Shown: positions 39,923 through 51,995, numbered from the stretch's first letter. The stretch: DNA of 64,000 nucleotides from an uncultured Acidobacteriota bacterium (GCA_963804995.1 CAWDSK010000004.1:128001-192000); one strand, 5' to 3'. The notes: generated by a model from the letters alone, not told the origin. Program-made: numbers and translations.

Positions 39923-40260
39923 AGCGCTGCGCGCATTTTCACCGTCGGTCGTGCCTGCCCTCGCCTGTGGGCATGGCCCACGCCGGGCACCCACGGGGCA
40001 CCCCTACGACCATACCCACATCCTGCCGCCTCCATTCTTTTATCCCGCCAGCGCCGAGATATCGAGCCCACCTCCGTACCAGTACTTCCGTACCGTTGAA
40101 CGAATGTAAATTGTGAGGGAAGATACCCGAGGTAATAGTAGAGTTTGATGCATAGGCGGCCTTACGGCGCCATATGGCAAGGTAAACTCGCCGCTACAAG
40201 ATCAAACTAAACCACTACCGTAGGTTAAAAATCTGAAGGACGATGCGAGGTCATGAAGAT

Positions 40261-40638
40261 ATGCTAATCGGAACCAGACTCCGCTTTCTCCGCGAGCGGA
40301 AGGGCCTTTCACAAGGCGACGTTGAAAAATCCACAGGCCTGCTACGCTGCTACATTTCCCGCGTGGAAAACGGGCACACGGTCCCCTCACTAGAAACTCT
40401 GGAGCGGTTCGCAGCCGCTTTGGAGGTCCCTCTCTATCAATTGTTTCACGCAGGTGAGGGTGAGGCCGCAACCCCGAATCTGACTGACCGCTTGGGCTTG
40501 GAGGAATTGGCCGAGCAGGGTGGAAAGAAGGGGGAGGAGGCGCGTTTTCTCCTCCAACTTAAGAACCTGTTTACGCGCCTGGGCGACCCCGACCGCGAGG
40601 TCTTGCTGTCGTTGGCGAAAAAGCTCGCAACGCGCTGA
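40261..40638 (+). CDS. XRE-family transcriptional regulator
   Basis: LSQGDVEKSTGLLRCYISRVENGHTVPSLETLE. Confidence 0.88.
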   Translation: MLIGTRLRFLRERKGLSQGDVEKSTGLLRCYISRVENGHTVPSLETLERFAAALEVPLYQLFHAGEGEAATPNLTDRLGLEELAEQGGKKGEEARFLLQLKNLFTRLGDPDREVLLSLAKKLATR

Positions 40639-40724
40639 CTCGGCTTTATATCAGTCGCGAGCTTGCAGGGAAGTAAGGGGTGTGGGCTCATGCCCCTTAC
40701 TTCCACAGGGCCTGACTCCTGAGT

Positions 40725-41240
40725 CTACTGGGGAACCAGGATCACGTTCTCTTCCAGTTCTTTGCCGGTGGCCTTTTCTGGAACTTTTCCTGTAAGGGCT
40801 CGCAAGTAGTTGACTAAGTTCCACCGCTGTGGTTCGGTCATTCGCCCCGCCTGACCGGGCATGGGATCTTTCCCCGTGCCAATAATCGTATAGAGTTCCC
40901 CATCGGTACGGTTCTTTAGCGCGTCGGCTTTGGTAAAGTCCGGCAGGGTGAGCTTCATGTCCGCTGCCAACTCACCCTTCCCGTCACCCGTGGCGCCATG
41001 GCAAAGGCTGCACTGTGTATTGAATATCTTCTTGCCCCGTTGCACGGAAACCTCCGTGAATTTCACGGGATTCTTTCGAGCCTTGTCCTCATCTGTAATT
41101 GCAGCCGGGTGAGGCGCGGCGGGTGCAGCGGGTGCGGCAGCCGTGGTGCCGCCGCTGGGTGGCGCTGTTTCCTTCTTCTCCTGAGCCCACAAGCATCCTG
41201 CTGTCAAGAGCAGAACCAAAATGAGTGTCTTTGACGACAT
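40725..41240 (-). CDS. Periplasmic c-type cytochrome
   Basis: Signal peptide, CSLCH haem motif, downstream MP ligand. Confidence 0.88.
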   Translation of the reverse strand: MSSKTLILVLLLTAGCLWAQEKKETAPPSGGTTAAAPAAPAAPHPAAITDEDKARKNPVKFTEVSVQRGKKIFNTQCSLCHGATGDGKGELAADMKLTLPDFTKADALKNRTDGELYTIIGTGKDPMPGQAGRMTEPQRWNLVNYLRALTGKVPEKATGKELEENVILVPQ

Positions 41241-41555
41241 AGCATACCTCGGGCGGATTCTAGCCTTGCACCGCAATCAATTCGACACTAACACCGTTGC
41301 GGTGCTTTTGAACCACCCCACGACAGTATCAGCAATTTCGTTACCCTTTTTGACTTGGGTCATGGTCTGGTTCAGACTAAATGTCATAACCCACCAGAAG
41401 ACATGGACTATCTGTCGTGGGGGTCTGGAGGCGGCTCTCTGTAGTTGTGTCGTTTCCCTCAATTCGCCCCAAGTCGCTCAAAAACAAGGCTGGAGGAAAC
41501 AACCTTCCCGACCCTGGTTTTGCTCGTAAGTGAGGACAGGATTACCCCGGGCGCC

Positions 41556-41828
41556 TCAGATATTGGTACCCTGCTTAGCATGCCGCCGGAGGTACCAGCA
41601 AGGGCTATAGCCCATGTGGGGAAACAAAGAATTCACGCAGGTCTGCGGTTGGGGATCCAGAAAGTAGTACTCGGATTTGCCGCTCTTCTGCTTGACGTTG
41701 AGGTAGGGCCTGACCGTCACCACTCCGTAAGGATTGCGGCTACTCGGAATCGGGATGCGCACCGCGGCATAGTCACCTGCGTACAGGAGGGCAGAGAAAC
41801 CCACCACGATAAAGGCGATTCGTTTCAT
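41556..41828 (-). CDS. Small exported hypothetical protein
   Basis: N-terminal TM; CVNSLFPHMGYSPCWYL. Confidence 0.55.
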   Translation of the reverse strand: MKRIAFIVVGFSALLYAGDYAAVRIPIPSSRNPYGVVTVRPYLNVKQKSGKSEYYFLDPQPQTCVNSLFPHMGYSPCWYLRRHAKQGTNI

Positions 41829-42670
41829 CCATTTTAGTATGATTTGCACCGTTGTCCCCGTCCACGTGCGCGGCGCGCTATCTGCGACTCCCGAACCTGG
41901 GAATTGATCCTCATCGCGCTTATGGAAATTCCAATCAGCAGAATTGATTGTACCGCAACTGCGCGGTGCCAAGCAGGGGCGGATTCGTCGGCCTTAGCAG
42001 TTTTGTTGTCGGTCAGGATCACTTTTATTCCTTGGCTCAGCTCCAGCATGTGTCTTGTCAGCACCAAACCTTTTTCCCTTGCTCAGCACTGGCATTTGTC
42101 TTATCAGCACCACCCCGGCGCTCGGCCCCGATCATCAATTTGGAAAGAACGCGCTATCGGGGCTCGGCGCGCCACCCCTCCTCATCTAAGGAGGGGAGTT
42201 CCCGAAAAACTCCCCTCCTGATTTAGGAGGGGTGGCGCCGTAGGCGACGGGGTGGTTACCAGTCCCGCTCCGAGCGCCGGGGTGGTTACCGGTGGCAAGG
42301 GAAGACACGTTGGCCCAACCTCACACCACCGGCGGGAGTTTCAGCACATCGGCGTACACCAGTCGGCGCGCCGGTTGGGTAGGCGCTACCATGGCCGCGA
42401 TGCCCAGCTGGGGTCCATGCGAGTCCGCCAGGAAGGTCTCATATTCCCGAATCACCAGGCGCAGATCCTGAAGCTTGGGCACCTTATAGCGATCCAGCCG
42501 AACCTGCGCGCGCCAGACGGTGGTCGTCGCACCCTTCTCCGCCGTCAGTTCCAAGGTGGCGCTGGGCACGGGGACCCACCCCAGGTCCGCGTCAGCGCCC
42601 ACAGGTTTCGCTTCAACGGTTACTTCCATGACTGCGGGACCAGAACCCGCCTGGGACGCTCCATAACTTA

Positions 42671-43579
42671 GAGCTTATCCGTAAATACTTATTGAAGTCT
42701 GCTGCAATTTGATGCATGATTATGACCCAAGATGCCGCAGATAAAATCTTGGGAAGTATCCGACGAGTTTTGGGTGAAAGTCGAACCGCTGATTCCGGTT
42801 CGACAGCGGTCGAAAGGCCGAAAGTATAGGCGGAAGCCGGGGGGTGGGAGGAAGCCAATGCCGGCGCGCCGGATCTTCTCGGCCATTGTGTATGTGCTGC
42901 GCACGGGATGTCAGTGGAAGGCCTTGCCCAAGGAATTCGGCAGCGCCAGCGCGGTCCACAAGCATTTTCAACAGTGGCACCGGGCGGGTTTCTTTCTGGC
43001 GCTCTGGCGGTCGGGGCTGGCCGAGTACGATGAGCTGGAGGGCATTGCCTGGGACTGGCAAAGCATCGACGGAGCGATGGTGAAAGCCCCGCTGGCCTTG
43101 ACTTGTGTGGGACCCAATCCCACCGATCGGGGAAAAAAATGGGCGCAAGCGAAGTTTGTTAGTCGACGGGCGTGGCGTCCCACTATCGCTCGCCGTCAGC
43201 GGAGCCAACCTGCATGATGTGAAGCTGCTGGCCACCACCCTCGACCAGGTGGTGAGAGCGCGACCGGCACCGCGACCGAGAAAGCCCCAGCACCTTTGCG
43301 CCGATGCCGGTTACAAGGGATCCCGCGCTCGGCAAGCGGCCACGAACCGCCACTACCGGCCGCATATCAAGCAACAGCGAGAAGAGATGGAAGCAAAACG
43401 TATCGTCCCCGGTTACAAGGCTCGCCGATGGGTGGTCGAGCGGACCCATTCCTGGCTCAACCGATACCGCAAGGTGTTGGTGAGCTTTGAAAAGACCGAG
43501 GAAAGCTACGTCGCCCTACTAACCTTAGCCGCGGCCATGATCTGCTGGCGACAGACAATTATTATTTACGGATAAGCTC
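42671..43579 (+). mobile_element. IS5-family insertion sequence (909 bp)
   Basis: 17-bp perfect IR GAGCTTATCCGTAAATA; TTA target duplication. Confidence 0.93.
42732..43575 (+). CDS. IS5-family transposase in two ORFs joined by a probable programmed -1 frameshift
   Basis: YVLRTGCQWKALP, SIDG, ADAGY, RWVVERT; slippery GGGGAAAAAAA at about 43129-43139. Confidence 0.88.
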
Positions 43580-46500
43580 TTAATCCCGTCACCGCCACAT
43601 CGATGTGCTTGGGATTCTTGGGATCGTAGACCACGGTTGCCGCGCGGTCCGGAGTAAGTTGTACGAAGTCCGCCCGCACCACGCGCGAAAGGTGCGCGTT
43701 CTCAACGGAAATCGGCTGGAAGCGAACCAGCGCCAGCCGCACAAACGGGAAATAAGACACACCCGTATCGATGGGGATATCGCAGTACCAGAGCTGCCGG
43801 TCCTTATCGTACTCGGGCTGGTAACCGGCCACGCACACGCGATAAGCGCCGGAAGTAGGCTCCTGCTTATCGGCAAGTTCTTCGAGCGTCAGCGCCGTCC
43901 CGGTCTTTTGCGGACTCTTAAAATTGTCGAGCGTGGGAAGGTCCCCAGGCAGTGGGTTTGTCTGCCAGATCGGATCCATTCCCCACTGGGTTACCAAGGT
44001 GCTCAGGGGGTCGGGAACCGCCGGGCCTGCGGTAACCAGCGGCGCAACCATTCTTGCCGCCGCAGCTCCCGTGGCGACGGATTTCGTTGCCACCCCCGGC
44101 GCTACCTTGCCCTTTGTTGGTTGTTCAACCCGGGGCATACCCGGTTTGAGGACGACTGGCGGAATCTCAAGGGATACCGGGCTGGGCCACAAAACCACTC
44201 CCAGCAGTTCCCCGTCACCGGATGCGTACCAGGGCCGATCCAGATAAACGCGCAGGCCCCCACCGGAGCGCGTGCTGGTGCTGCCGACTCCTTTCAGACT
44301 CGGAAGCTGAATTCCCCCGATCTGCACGCCACCCTTTTCGAAGTCGAGATCACTCTTCTTCTCCCAGCCGAAAGTCGGGATCACGTAGAGCACTTGCGGC
44401 AGTGGTGGCCGCACGGAATTTGGCACGTCAACAGCAAATGTGGGGCTGGTGCGGGTCAATTGAGTGGGGTCGGTAATGGGGAAGTATTCCGCAAAGCGGG
44501 TGGTGGCCACGGCGGAATAGTTCACCTTACGGTACTTCGTATCGCCGAAGTCGTGGCGCCAGGAATAGCCGAACTTTTGCGGCGGCGGTAGGGATGGCCG
44601 CGCTACACGCACATCCGTCGGAATCAGCGCCCCTGGCTTTAAAGCCACAGCCTGCAGATTCGCTGTGGGGGTCGCAGTCTTCACTTCCGCGGCCATCACC
44701 TTGGGCTGTGCCAGTGGAGCCGCCACTACGTGTTGCCGCCCCACTCCCGCCGCGGGTGTAACGCTCGCCGGCGTTGTGGCTGGGGAACTGGGGCCCTGCG
44801 CCAACGCCACCGAGGTCTTGATTTCGAGCGCCGTGTCCTGGACGCCCAGTTTCCACTCGTACACGTGGGCGCTGCCGTTCAGGATCTTGGGGCCGCTCGG
44901 ATCGTTTACATCGTCCAGCGGCTCCTGCCACGCCGCTTCGATATCCACCTTGAGCGTGCTCTTGCCGTCGATGGGCATGGGCTGGTCGTCCGCAATGTAG
45001 GCAAACGTCTCAGCCAACTGCCGGTTCGGAGTTAGCAAATGAAACTGGGGCGCGATGAGCGGTTGTTGGACGGCGTGGACCAGCACCAACTCGCGGGAGG
45101 GAGTGACCATCCAATGGCGTCCCTGCCCGACGACTTGGCGCAACTGGGCCAGATTAGCGGGCGCGGCCTCTTTCATCCAACCCCAAATCCCCATGCTTTC
45201 CTGGTTGCTCGCACCCAGGGCGCCGTCACCCAGGAGCGAACTCAGGTCAAGCGTTACCACATTCGCCTTGGCAATCTGCACAGTCAAAGTGCGGCTCGGT
45301 TCGTCCCATTGGGCAGGAGTGTTGCCCGTGCCTTCCAAAACTTTCAGCAGGAACGGGACAGGATTGGGCCAACTGATTCCGGCGGGATAGAAGCTGACGG
45401 AGGGGGCGGTGGCCGCCACGTTGGTAGTCGTGTTCGCAAGCGACAGAGCCGTACCGCGGCAGAGGGGATCGGGCAGGTAGGGCACCGCCAGGTTGCTTTG
45501 AATGGGCAATTGCGTCAGGGGATCGATCAGGAAAGCGCCCTCGGCCTTGGAAGCAATCATCTGGTAGGTCGCGGGGTCCTTCAGCATCGGGCCGGAGGGC
45601 GAATCGAACATCGCATGACGCTCCGCCATCGCCTCGCTGGTCTTGGGTGGAGCAACCAGCCGCAGCGCGAAGGGAGTGTAGGTGGGGTCAGAAACAAAAT
45701 TCCCGTAGATGGGAGCATAATCCTGCGCGGTCTTGTCAAAGTTGCTGCGCAGGACAAGCCGGCCCAGAGACTCTCCCGGTGAATTGCTTCCGTTGAACGT
45801 CTTGGTCATCACGACGAGCGGCGCTATCACGGGTTCAAAGCGCGTGTAAAGGTGTGGGGCGGTGGCGTTCGAAAAATCTGCGGGGTCGGGAGCGTCGGGA
45901 GCCAGACTGTTTCCTGCCAGGTCCACGACGCGCGCCCGAATGCGGTAGGTGTTTCCGAAGCGCAGGCGCGGCAACGTGCCGGGTGGGGGCACGAAAGACG
46001 CCACCATCTTGAAGTCGCTGGAAGCGCGCGTCTGGGCCACGGCCGGATCATCCAGCCGTTGCGGCGTCCCATCCGGCGCGATCGTCTTGCCCGGCCGCGG
46101 CGCGCTGAGGCTCCAACCATTCCAGGTGAACATCGACTCCTGTAAGTAGAGATCCTTCGGTGGCGCGCCCCCCGAAGTCGTGTCGACTACGGGCTGGGTA
46201 ACACCCAACTGCACGAATCCCTCGTCATCGTATTGCCGGGTCAGGTTCGCTTCAAAGAAGTTGTAGGTTCCTTTCCGCCGGCAGAGCGAGTGCCAGCTTT
46301 TGGTTTGCGCATCCCACACGTCCACGCGATAGCCGCGGACCACGTCCTCGGCGTAATTTGTGACCTGGTCGGGGGTATTCGCCACCACGGCTTTGTTGTT
46401 TAACGTGACTTTGGCCATCACACCGGCAAACCACTCCGCCCGATTCGTCTGTGCCAGGGAAATGCCCGCGGTCCGCAAAGCCGGCAGGGCGGCGGTCGCC

Positions 46501-47995
46501 TGCGTCTCAGCGGCGGCCGGCGTGCTGGCGGTTTCGGCTGCTGGCACGGAGTGATGCGCGGCGCTCAACTGGAGCAACATCGGCCGCAGGGCAGTGCTCG
46601 CGAGCGTGGTGCGCGGTGTGGAAGGAGATGCCAGCCGGTCGGCAAGATTCATCATCTTGAGCGCCGACCCGCTTACATCCACGTGTACAACCGGGTAGGA
46701 GGTTTCATCACTGAGGTTCAGCAGGCCATTCACAATCTTGGAGGCTAACGTCTCAGGCCGTGTGTAGAACTGCCCCTTGGTGAGGTCCACCGTACAGGCG
46801 GTCTTTGGTGAGAAATCCACATCGAAGGCAGCAGGGGGAGCGTCTGACGGCCAAGTGGGAAGCACCTTGACCGTGGAATTCGTCACACCCGAGGGAATCG
46901 GGACTTCCAAATCGATCACCAGCCCCAGCCGGCGCATCAATTCCGGGTAATTGCCCAGAGTCGAAACCAGCTTGTGGAAGTCAATGTCCGGCGGCTGTAC
47001 GGGCGGAAGTTGCACCTCGATGGGGGGGTAGTGCATGCGAACCTGCAGGAAGTCGCGTGAGGGTTGGGGCGCGGCCGACGCGCGCACCGCCTTGTATTGC
47101 TGCAAATCCTGGTAAATGCTCTGGAAGGCACTGATGGCCGCGGCCTGTATGGGGAGCGACTGCCGCACTACAGCCTGGAGGTTCCGCGTGGCGCTGGCCT
47201 GCACCTGCGGCGGGAGATTGCCCACATAACTTTGCAGCGTGGCAGGCATTACCAACTGCGCACGGGTGCGGGCCCCCGCAGCTTTCGTAGGTGCCGCCGG
47301 CGCTGCCACTCGCCCGGCCGTCGCCGCAGCTTCGTAAAGAGTGATGGGCGCAAGTTGCGTGGTCAGCGCGCTGCGCGCCGGACGCACCGTGGGGGAGGTG
47401 GCGGCCACGTTCTGATATTGAGCTTTGAGGAAGGCGCTCACGTTCGCCACGGGATGAGACAGGATGAGATGGCCGGAGTAATCCAGGGCCTGGTAGGGCT
47501 GGGTGTAGGTAGTGGGCTTGAACAGCGCCGCCCACAGGTCCGGCTCAAGCTTCGGCCCCACGCGCGTCGCTTGCACGGCCGCGCCACCTTCAAACTGCAC
47601 CGCAAACTGAATCCCCTGGGATCGGGTGGCCCAAGTCAGGAAATCCGGGAACTGGGAGAGTTGAGGCCGGGGTAGACCCTGGTCAGTTTCGAGGCGCGGT
47701 GAAACAAACACCGAGAGCTGAAGCGCACTGCCCCCGCTCTTCACGCCATTCGGCAACGCGGTCCAAATGATGGTCTGCTTCTGCGGCATGGGTGCCTCCT
47801 AAAAGCCGGGACTCGGGTTACAGGATACGGGACACGGGATTCGCCCGTCTGCGGCGCTGCGACTCTTGGTTGTACGTGCACAGGCTGCGAGTTAGTGCCA
47901 CGTGGTGAATTAGGGCGCTCCTTCAGGGCTGCACACTCTTGGATAGATGGCCCTACATTAAGCGTGTCCCGTTTCCCGTACCCCGTATTCCGTAT

Positions 47996-48577
47996 TCACT
48001 TCGCCCACCAAAGTCTCATCCCCATATCAGGATCCATCCTGCGCGGATAGCCCTCGGGGAGTGGCGGATGATTAAACGGGTCTTGATAGACATTGCGCGC
48101 AACCTCCCGGCCATCGGACGCACGCAATACCAACGCCACACGATAGGCAACTCCCTTTTTGACCTCAAACGATAGGTTGCCCACCCGCGCGTACGAGTCC
48201 GGGCCCAAGCGGACCGCGGCCTGCCCGCGTGTAACTTCCCCGCCGCTTTCCAAATCGTTCTTGTAATCTGAGTTCCTTATGATCGGCCGGGTGGGATCCA
48301 GGCGCTTCATTTCCGCCACAAGCTGGGGGCCGGGACGCGTCATGGCTTCATACTTCTGTTGCGCTTCATTGATCGCGGTCCAGCAGATGATGCTGGGGTG
48401 GTTACGCAGCTTTTTGACCATTCCCCCGGCGACGGTCAACGCACGCTGGGTGAACTGCTCGTCGGTGGGAAACATCCAGTTCATATCGGAATCCTGCAAC
48501 AGAACGATTCCCAGGCGATCGCAGAGGTCATAGAACTCATAGTTCTCAACGTGCACATGAATGCGCAGGGCGTTCAC
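47996..48577 (-). pseudogene. Fragment of a glycoside hydrolase family 2 gene
   Basis: NALRIHVH..FYDLCDRLG..NHPSIICW..NE..DPTRP; no N-terminal domains; appears internally deleted. Confidence 0.65.
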
Positions 48578-48980
48578 GCCGGGGTGGACCGCGCCGCACT
48601 TGGATCTTGCTGACTTCGCGGCGGCTGCTCTGGATTGAATCGCGCTTCTTTGGCAACTCCAAGGTTCAATCGCTCGAATACGGCGAAATCACTTTGGCCA
48701 GGCATCGCAACATGATCCTTTTCTCGCGCGCCGAGATCCTGACCCAGCGGAATGAAACCCTTAGCCTCGCGATTGAAAAGGCTCATATCACTTACGCGAA
48801 GATGGCGGTGCAGATGATCTCTCGCCTCGCCGGCCTTGACGGCCCGAATGACCACCCCGCCCCCCAATCTGCCCCCCGCCTTGCCGCGTTACCCCACTGA
48901 GGGACACGATGCTCCGGGCTCGATTTCCCCAAGATATCTAGATTCGCGGTCGCGTGTGAGCACCATTTCGTCACTGCTTC

Positions 48981-49231
48981 TATCTCAAGCCTTTTCATCA
49001 ACTTATTGGCCTCAGTTGGCCCCACACAAAATAAGTTGTGTATTTTCTTTAAGTTATTGGCCTAGTGAGGGATGACGAGGTTTTCTTATAATTTTCTGAC
49101 CATAAATCGTGCTAACAAACTTATTTTCAGCAAGTTATTGGCCTTACAAATAAACCGTTCATTTTCAACAACTCATTGGGTATACGACATTACGTCGTTT
49201 TACGACCCTTTGTTTTCATTATGTTATTGGG
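48981..49231. repeat. Array of five spaced degenerate repeats, core TTTTCAnnAAnTTATTGG
   Basis: Cores at 48992, 49043, 49124, 49162 and 49213; the last overlaps the stop codon of the adjacent gene. Confidence 0.8.
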
Positions 49232-50114
49232 AGCACTCGTCATTTTGATGTTTTTTTGCGGGTGCGCTCGCTGCTTTGATTTTCATCAATAAATTGGTGA
49301 TACGCCACACCTGTCGCAAACTCAACTCTTCCCGCCGAGCCGTCAGCGTCGTCCGCGCTTCGACCCCCACCAAAATCTCGTCCCGATCGAATTGTGCGCG
49401 GACTTCGTCAGGCTCTTCGCCGGACTCGACAACGAGTCGGTCCAGACTCTCAATTTCGGAGCTCAGCAACCCCGTAAGCTCCTGGTACATGGCGATGTAC
49501 TCCTCCCCTTCTGTTGCCGGAATCTGGACAGCATCTACCGGCCGTAGGGCTTCCGATCCCGCGAGTTCCTGCATTCGCAGCAGTAGCTCCAAAACCGCCT
49601 TCGCCTTTTCCTCCATCAAGTCGCCGCGGCATTGCTCAAACAGCTTCATTTCCTGGGGACCAATTCCGCTATCCAAGTTCATGCAGGTGGCTGCGAACAG
49701 CGCTTTCAGTCGTTCCATCTTGTGGTAGAGCGGCACGCGGAAAATGACCCGCTCGCGCTGCTTGAACTCGCGCGCCCGCTCCAGGTGCTTGACCGCCAGG
49801 CTTTCCTCGATACGGTCTAAGCGCTCCATGCGCCACAGGGCGCGAGCCAGGCGCATCACCAGGCCCATTTCCAGCGCATTGGCGGGCTCCCAGGTATCGA
49901 TCAGGGAATGCAGCCGGCGCTCGAATTCCGCGGGGTCTTCGCCCAAAGCCGCCAAAACCACCTCCGTCGACTGCGAATAGAAACCGTGCCGCAGAAAAGC
50001 TGCCGCAGCACGCGCCTTGCCCGCCCTACTGACCGCGCCTTCAGACCGCCGCCCATTAGCGCGATTCGCAGCCAGCTTCTTCGCCGTCAATCTCCGTTTC
50101 GGTGTTAGGGACAT
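49224..50114 (-). CDS. Uncharacterised protein of the 'ANRAN..STGP.T..GK...HG' family
   Basis: KLAANRANGRRSEGAVSRAGKAR...RHGFYS...GEDPAEF...PANALE..LV..LARALWRMER. Confidence 0.7.
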   Translation of the reverse strand: MSLTPKRRLTAKKLAANRANGRRSEGAVSRAGKARAAAAFLRHGFYSQSTEVVLAALGEDPAEFERRLHSLIDTWEPANALEMGLVMRLARALWRMERLDRIEESLAVKHLERAREFKQRERVIFRVPLYHKMERLKALFAATCMNLDSGIGPQEMKLFEQCRGDLMEEKAKAVLELLLRMQELAGSEALRPVDAVQIPATEGEEYIAMYQELTGLLSSEIESLDRLVVESGEEPDEVRAQFDRDEILVGVEARTTLTARREELSLRQVWRITNLLMKIKAASAPAKKHQNDECSQ

Positions 50115-50915
50115 TCAAAGCCTCTCTTTGGGGGCGGACATCTGAGCACCGACAGCTCCCAGTTAACTGCAAACGAACTAGCGTGCGCGGGATTGTCCTG
50201 CGGGTTCGTGGCCTTTCCCGTCGGCCGGCAAACGCTGGATCTCAGCCATCCGTGGCCAAGGCCGCGCCCCTGCCATAAGGCGTCAAGCTCCCCCACCTCT
50301 ATTGTGCTCTTAATCGACTGGGCTATGTCAATAGGATAAACACACTTTAGGGCTACCGGTAGCCCAAAAATGCAAGACCTACGACCTATTGTCCGAACAA
50401 AGTGGGCTACTCCTCACCGCTTTTCCGATCGGGCCACTTTGATATTGGGCGATTAGGTTCAACTGTGGATCTCATGAGAAAACCTACCCGCTGAATCTGG
50501 AGGCCTCTTCTTTGGTGAGTTGGAACATGAAGCGAGGTAGCGCGGACCTGTGTGTAGGTCCGCGGCCCTTGGGCACTTTGTAGCGCAGGGCCTATCGCAG
50601 TAAAAGAGCAGTTAATGACCCCCTACGCCGGGTGATCGAGTTGCGCAAGGTGTAGGGGGAGTCGCCGCGGCGACCCGCCCCCTGGTTCCGCATTCACCCT
50701 GCGGAACGCCGGGTAGGGCAACCTGTCCCGACGAATTCGGGAGCCCTACCCCTACATCTCGTGATTGCATTTACCCGTTCGAACGGCGCCTGAGGTTGTG
50801 TGGCCCGGAGGTGGCCACGGCCAATTCGTCTTGGGAATTGGCCGTGGGTTCGTCATCGAAGGGAAAGCCCACGGGCACGAGAGCGGTGGCCGTGGCCCCG
50901 TGTGCCCGTGGTGGG

Positions 50916-51812
50916 CTACCTTGAACCGGCCTCAGGTGTTCCCTGAATGTTGAACGAAGGAGAAAGATGACGGATTAGAAACCGTTCCAAGGCTAAGGCA
51001 AAAGGTAGATCGGATTCCCCAAACGTAATGAGGCCAACGTTCATTGCCGGTTTTTCAATCAACTTGCACCTGGTAGCGTTCGCTACTACCCTCCAACCCA
51101 GACCATATCTTAGGCCCCCTTGGCCAACATAGTGAACAATACCGTCGTCTGAATATAGGTAGTAAACACCTGCCCAACCGGCATAGCGCTGCCAAGTCTC
51201 TCCCCGCACGTTACAAAACTCGGCTAGACTAAATTTGTTACGATCGGGCTGGCAATCTAAGGACACTTTAGACAAGAACTTTGTGACGATGCGCTCTAGT
51301 TCTTCCATGTTATTCCGCGCCATTATTTCTCCCTCCTTAGTTACGCCCCTGGTTCTTCCCTCCGTCCGTATACCACGGGTCGGGCTGTCCCCTCCAAGGG
51401 GCTGGAAATCCGGTGGTGGGCTACTTCGTTTTCCTTGTATATTGAGCGGCGGCTCCATCGCGTCTATCAGGAACTGCTCCAATGAGAATGCCCAATACCA
51501 ATCTGATTCATCAAATAATATTGCCCCCGCTCTCGTGTCGGCTGGAAGATGCCCCCGCTTAATTCTCTGCTCAACCCTCCATACCACTCCATACCAGGCT
51601 GTTCCCACACCAATGTATAGTACCGATCCATCTTCTCCCAGGACATAGTAAACGCCCGGAAGATCCGCCCACTTAGGCCATTCGGCGGGGCTCTGCCTTA
51701 AGTTTTGCCTTAATTCCAGTGCACAGAATTCCGGATACTCTCGGGCCTTAAGTCCCGGAACCTTAGACAGGAACTCACTGACCTTTTCTAAAAGCTGCTC
51801 TTTAGCGCTCAT
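50916..51812 (-). CDS. Tandem GIY-YIG-like double-domain protein
   Basis: GVYYV...LYIGVG...LEQFLI...PPLN repeated as GVYYL...HYVGQG...LERFLI...PSFN. Confidence 0.65.
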   Translation of the reverse strand: MSAKEQLLEKVSEFLSKVPGLKAREYPEFCALELRQNLRQSPAEWPKWADLPGVYYVLGEDGSVLYIGVGTAWYGVVWRVEQRIKRGHLPADTRAGAILFDESDWYWAFSLEQFLIDAMEPPLNIQGKRSSPPPDFQPLGGDSPTRGIRTEGRTRGVTKEGEIMARNNMEELERIVTKFLSKVSLDCQPDRNKFSLAEFCNVRGETWQRYAGWAGVYYLYSDDGIVHYVGQGGLRYGLGWRVVANATRCKLIEKPAMNVGLITFGESDLPFALALERFLIRHLSPSFNIQGTPEAGSR

Positions 51813-51995
51813 GCTGCCCCCTCTCGCCTCCGCTCGTGGTGTTCCCACAAGAAAGATTCAGTTTTAAAGTAGCCCATTACGTCGGTAAGCTGCACGGTTG
51901 CTTGTTGCCATGATACGGAATCACTCTGTTGGGCGTCAGACTCTTGGCGGTGACGTTTGGGTTCTCAGCAGCATTCAGCACGCTCCCCTCGAACT

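Larger units (their letters stand above)
42321..47789 (-). pseudogene. Giant uncharacterised protein (about 1518 aa) interrupted by IS5 near its C-terminus
   Basis: Removing 42671-43579 plus one TTA joins ...VAVTGL to SYGASQAGSGPAVMEVTVEAK... in frame; RBS AGGAGG at the start. Confidence 0.85.

Noticed and set aside
48981..49231. CRISPR array
   Set aside because: Repeats are short, degenerate and irregularly spaced (38-81 bp), with no cas genes; kept as a non-CRISPR array.
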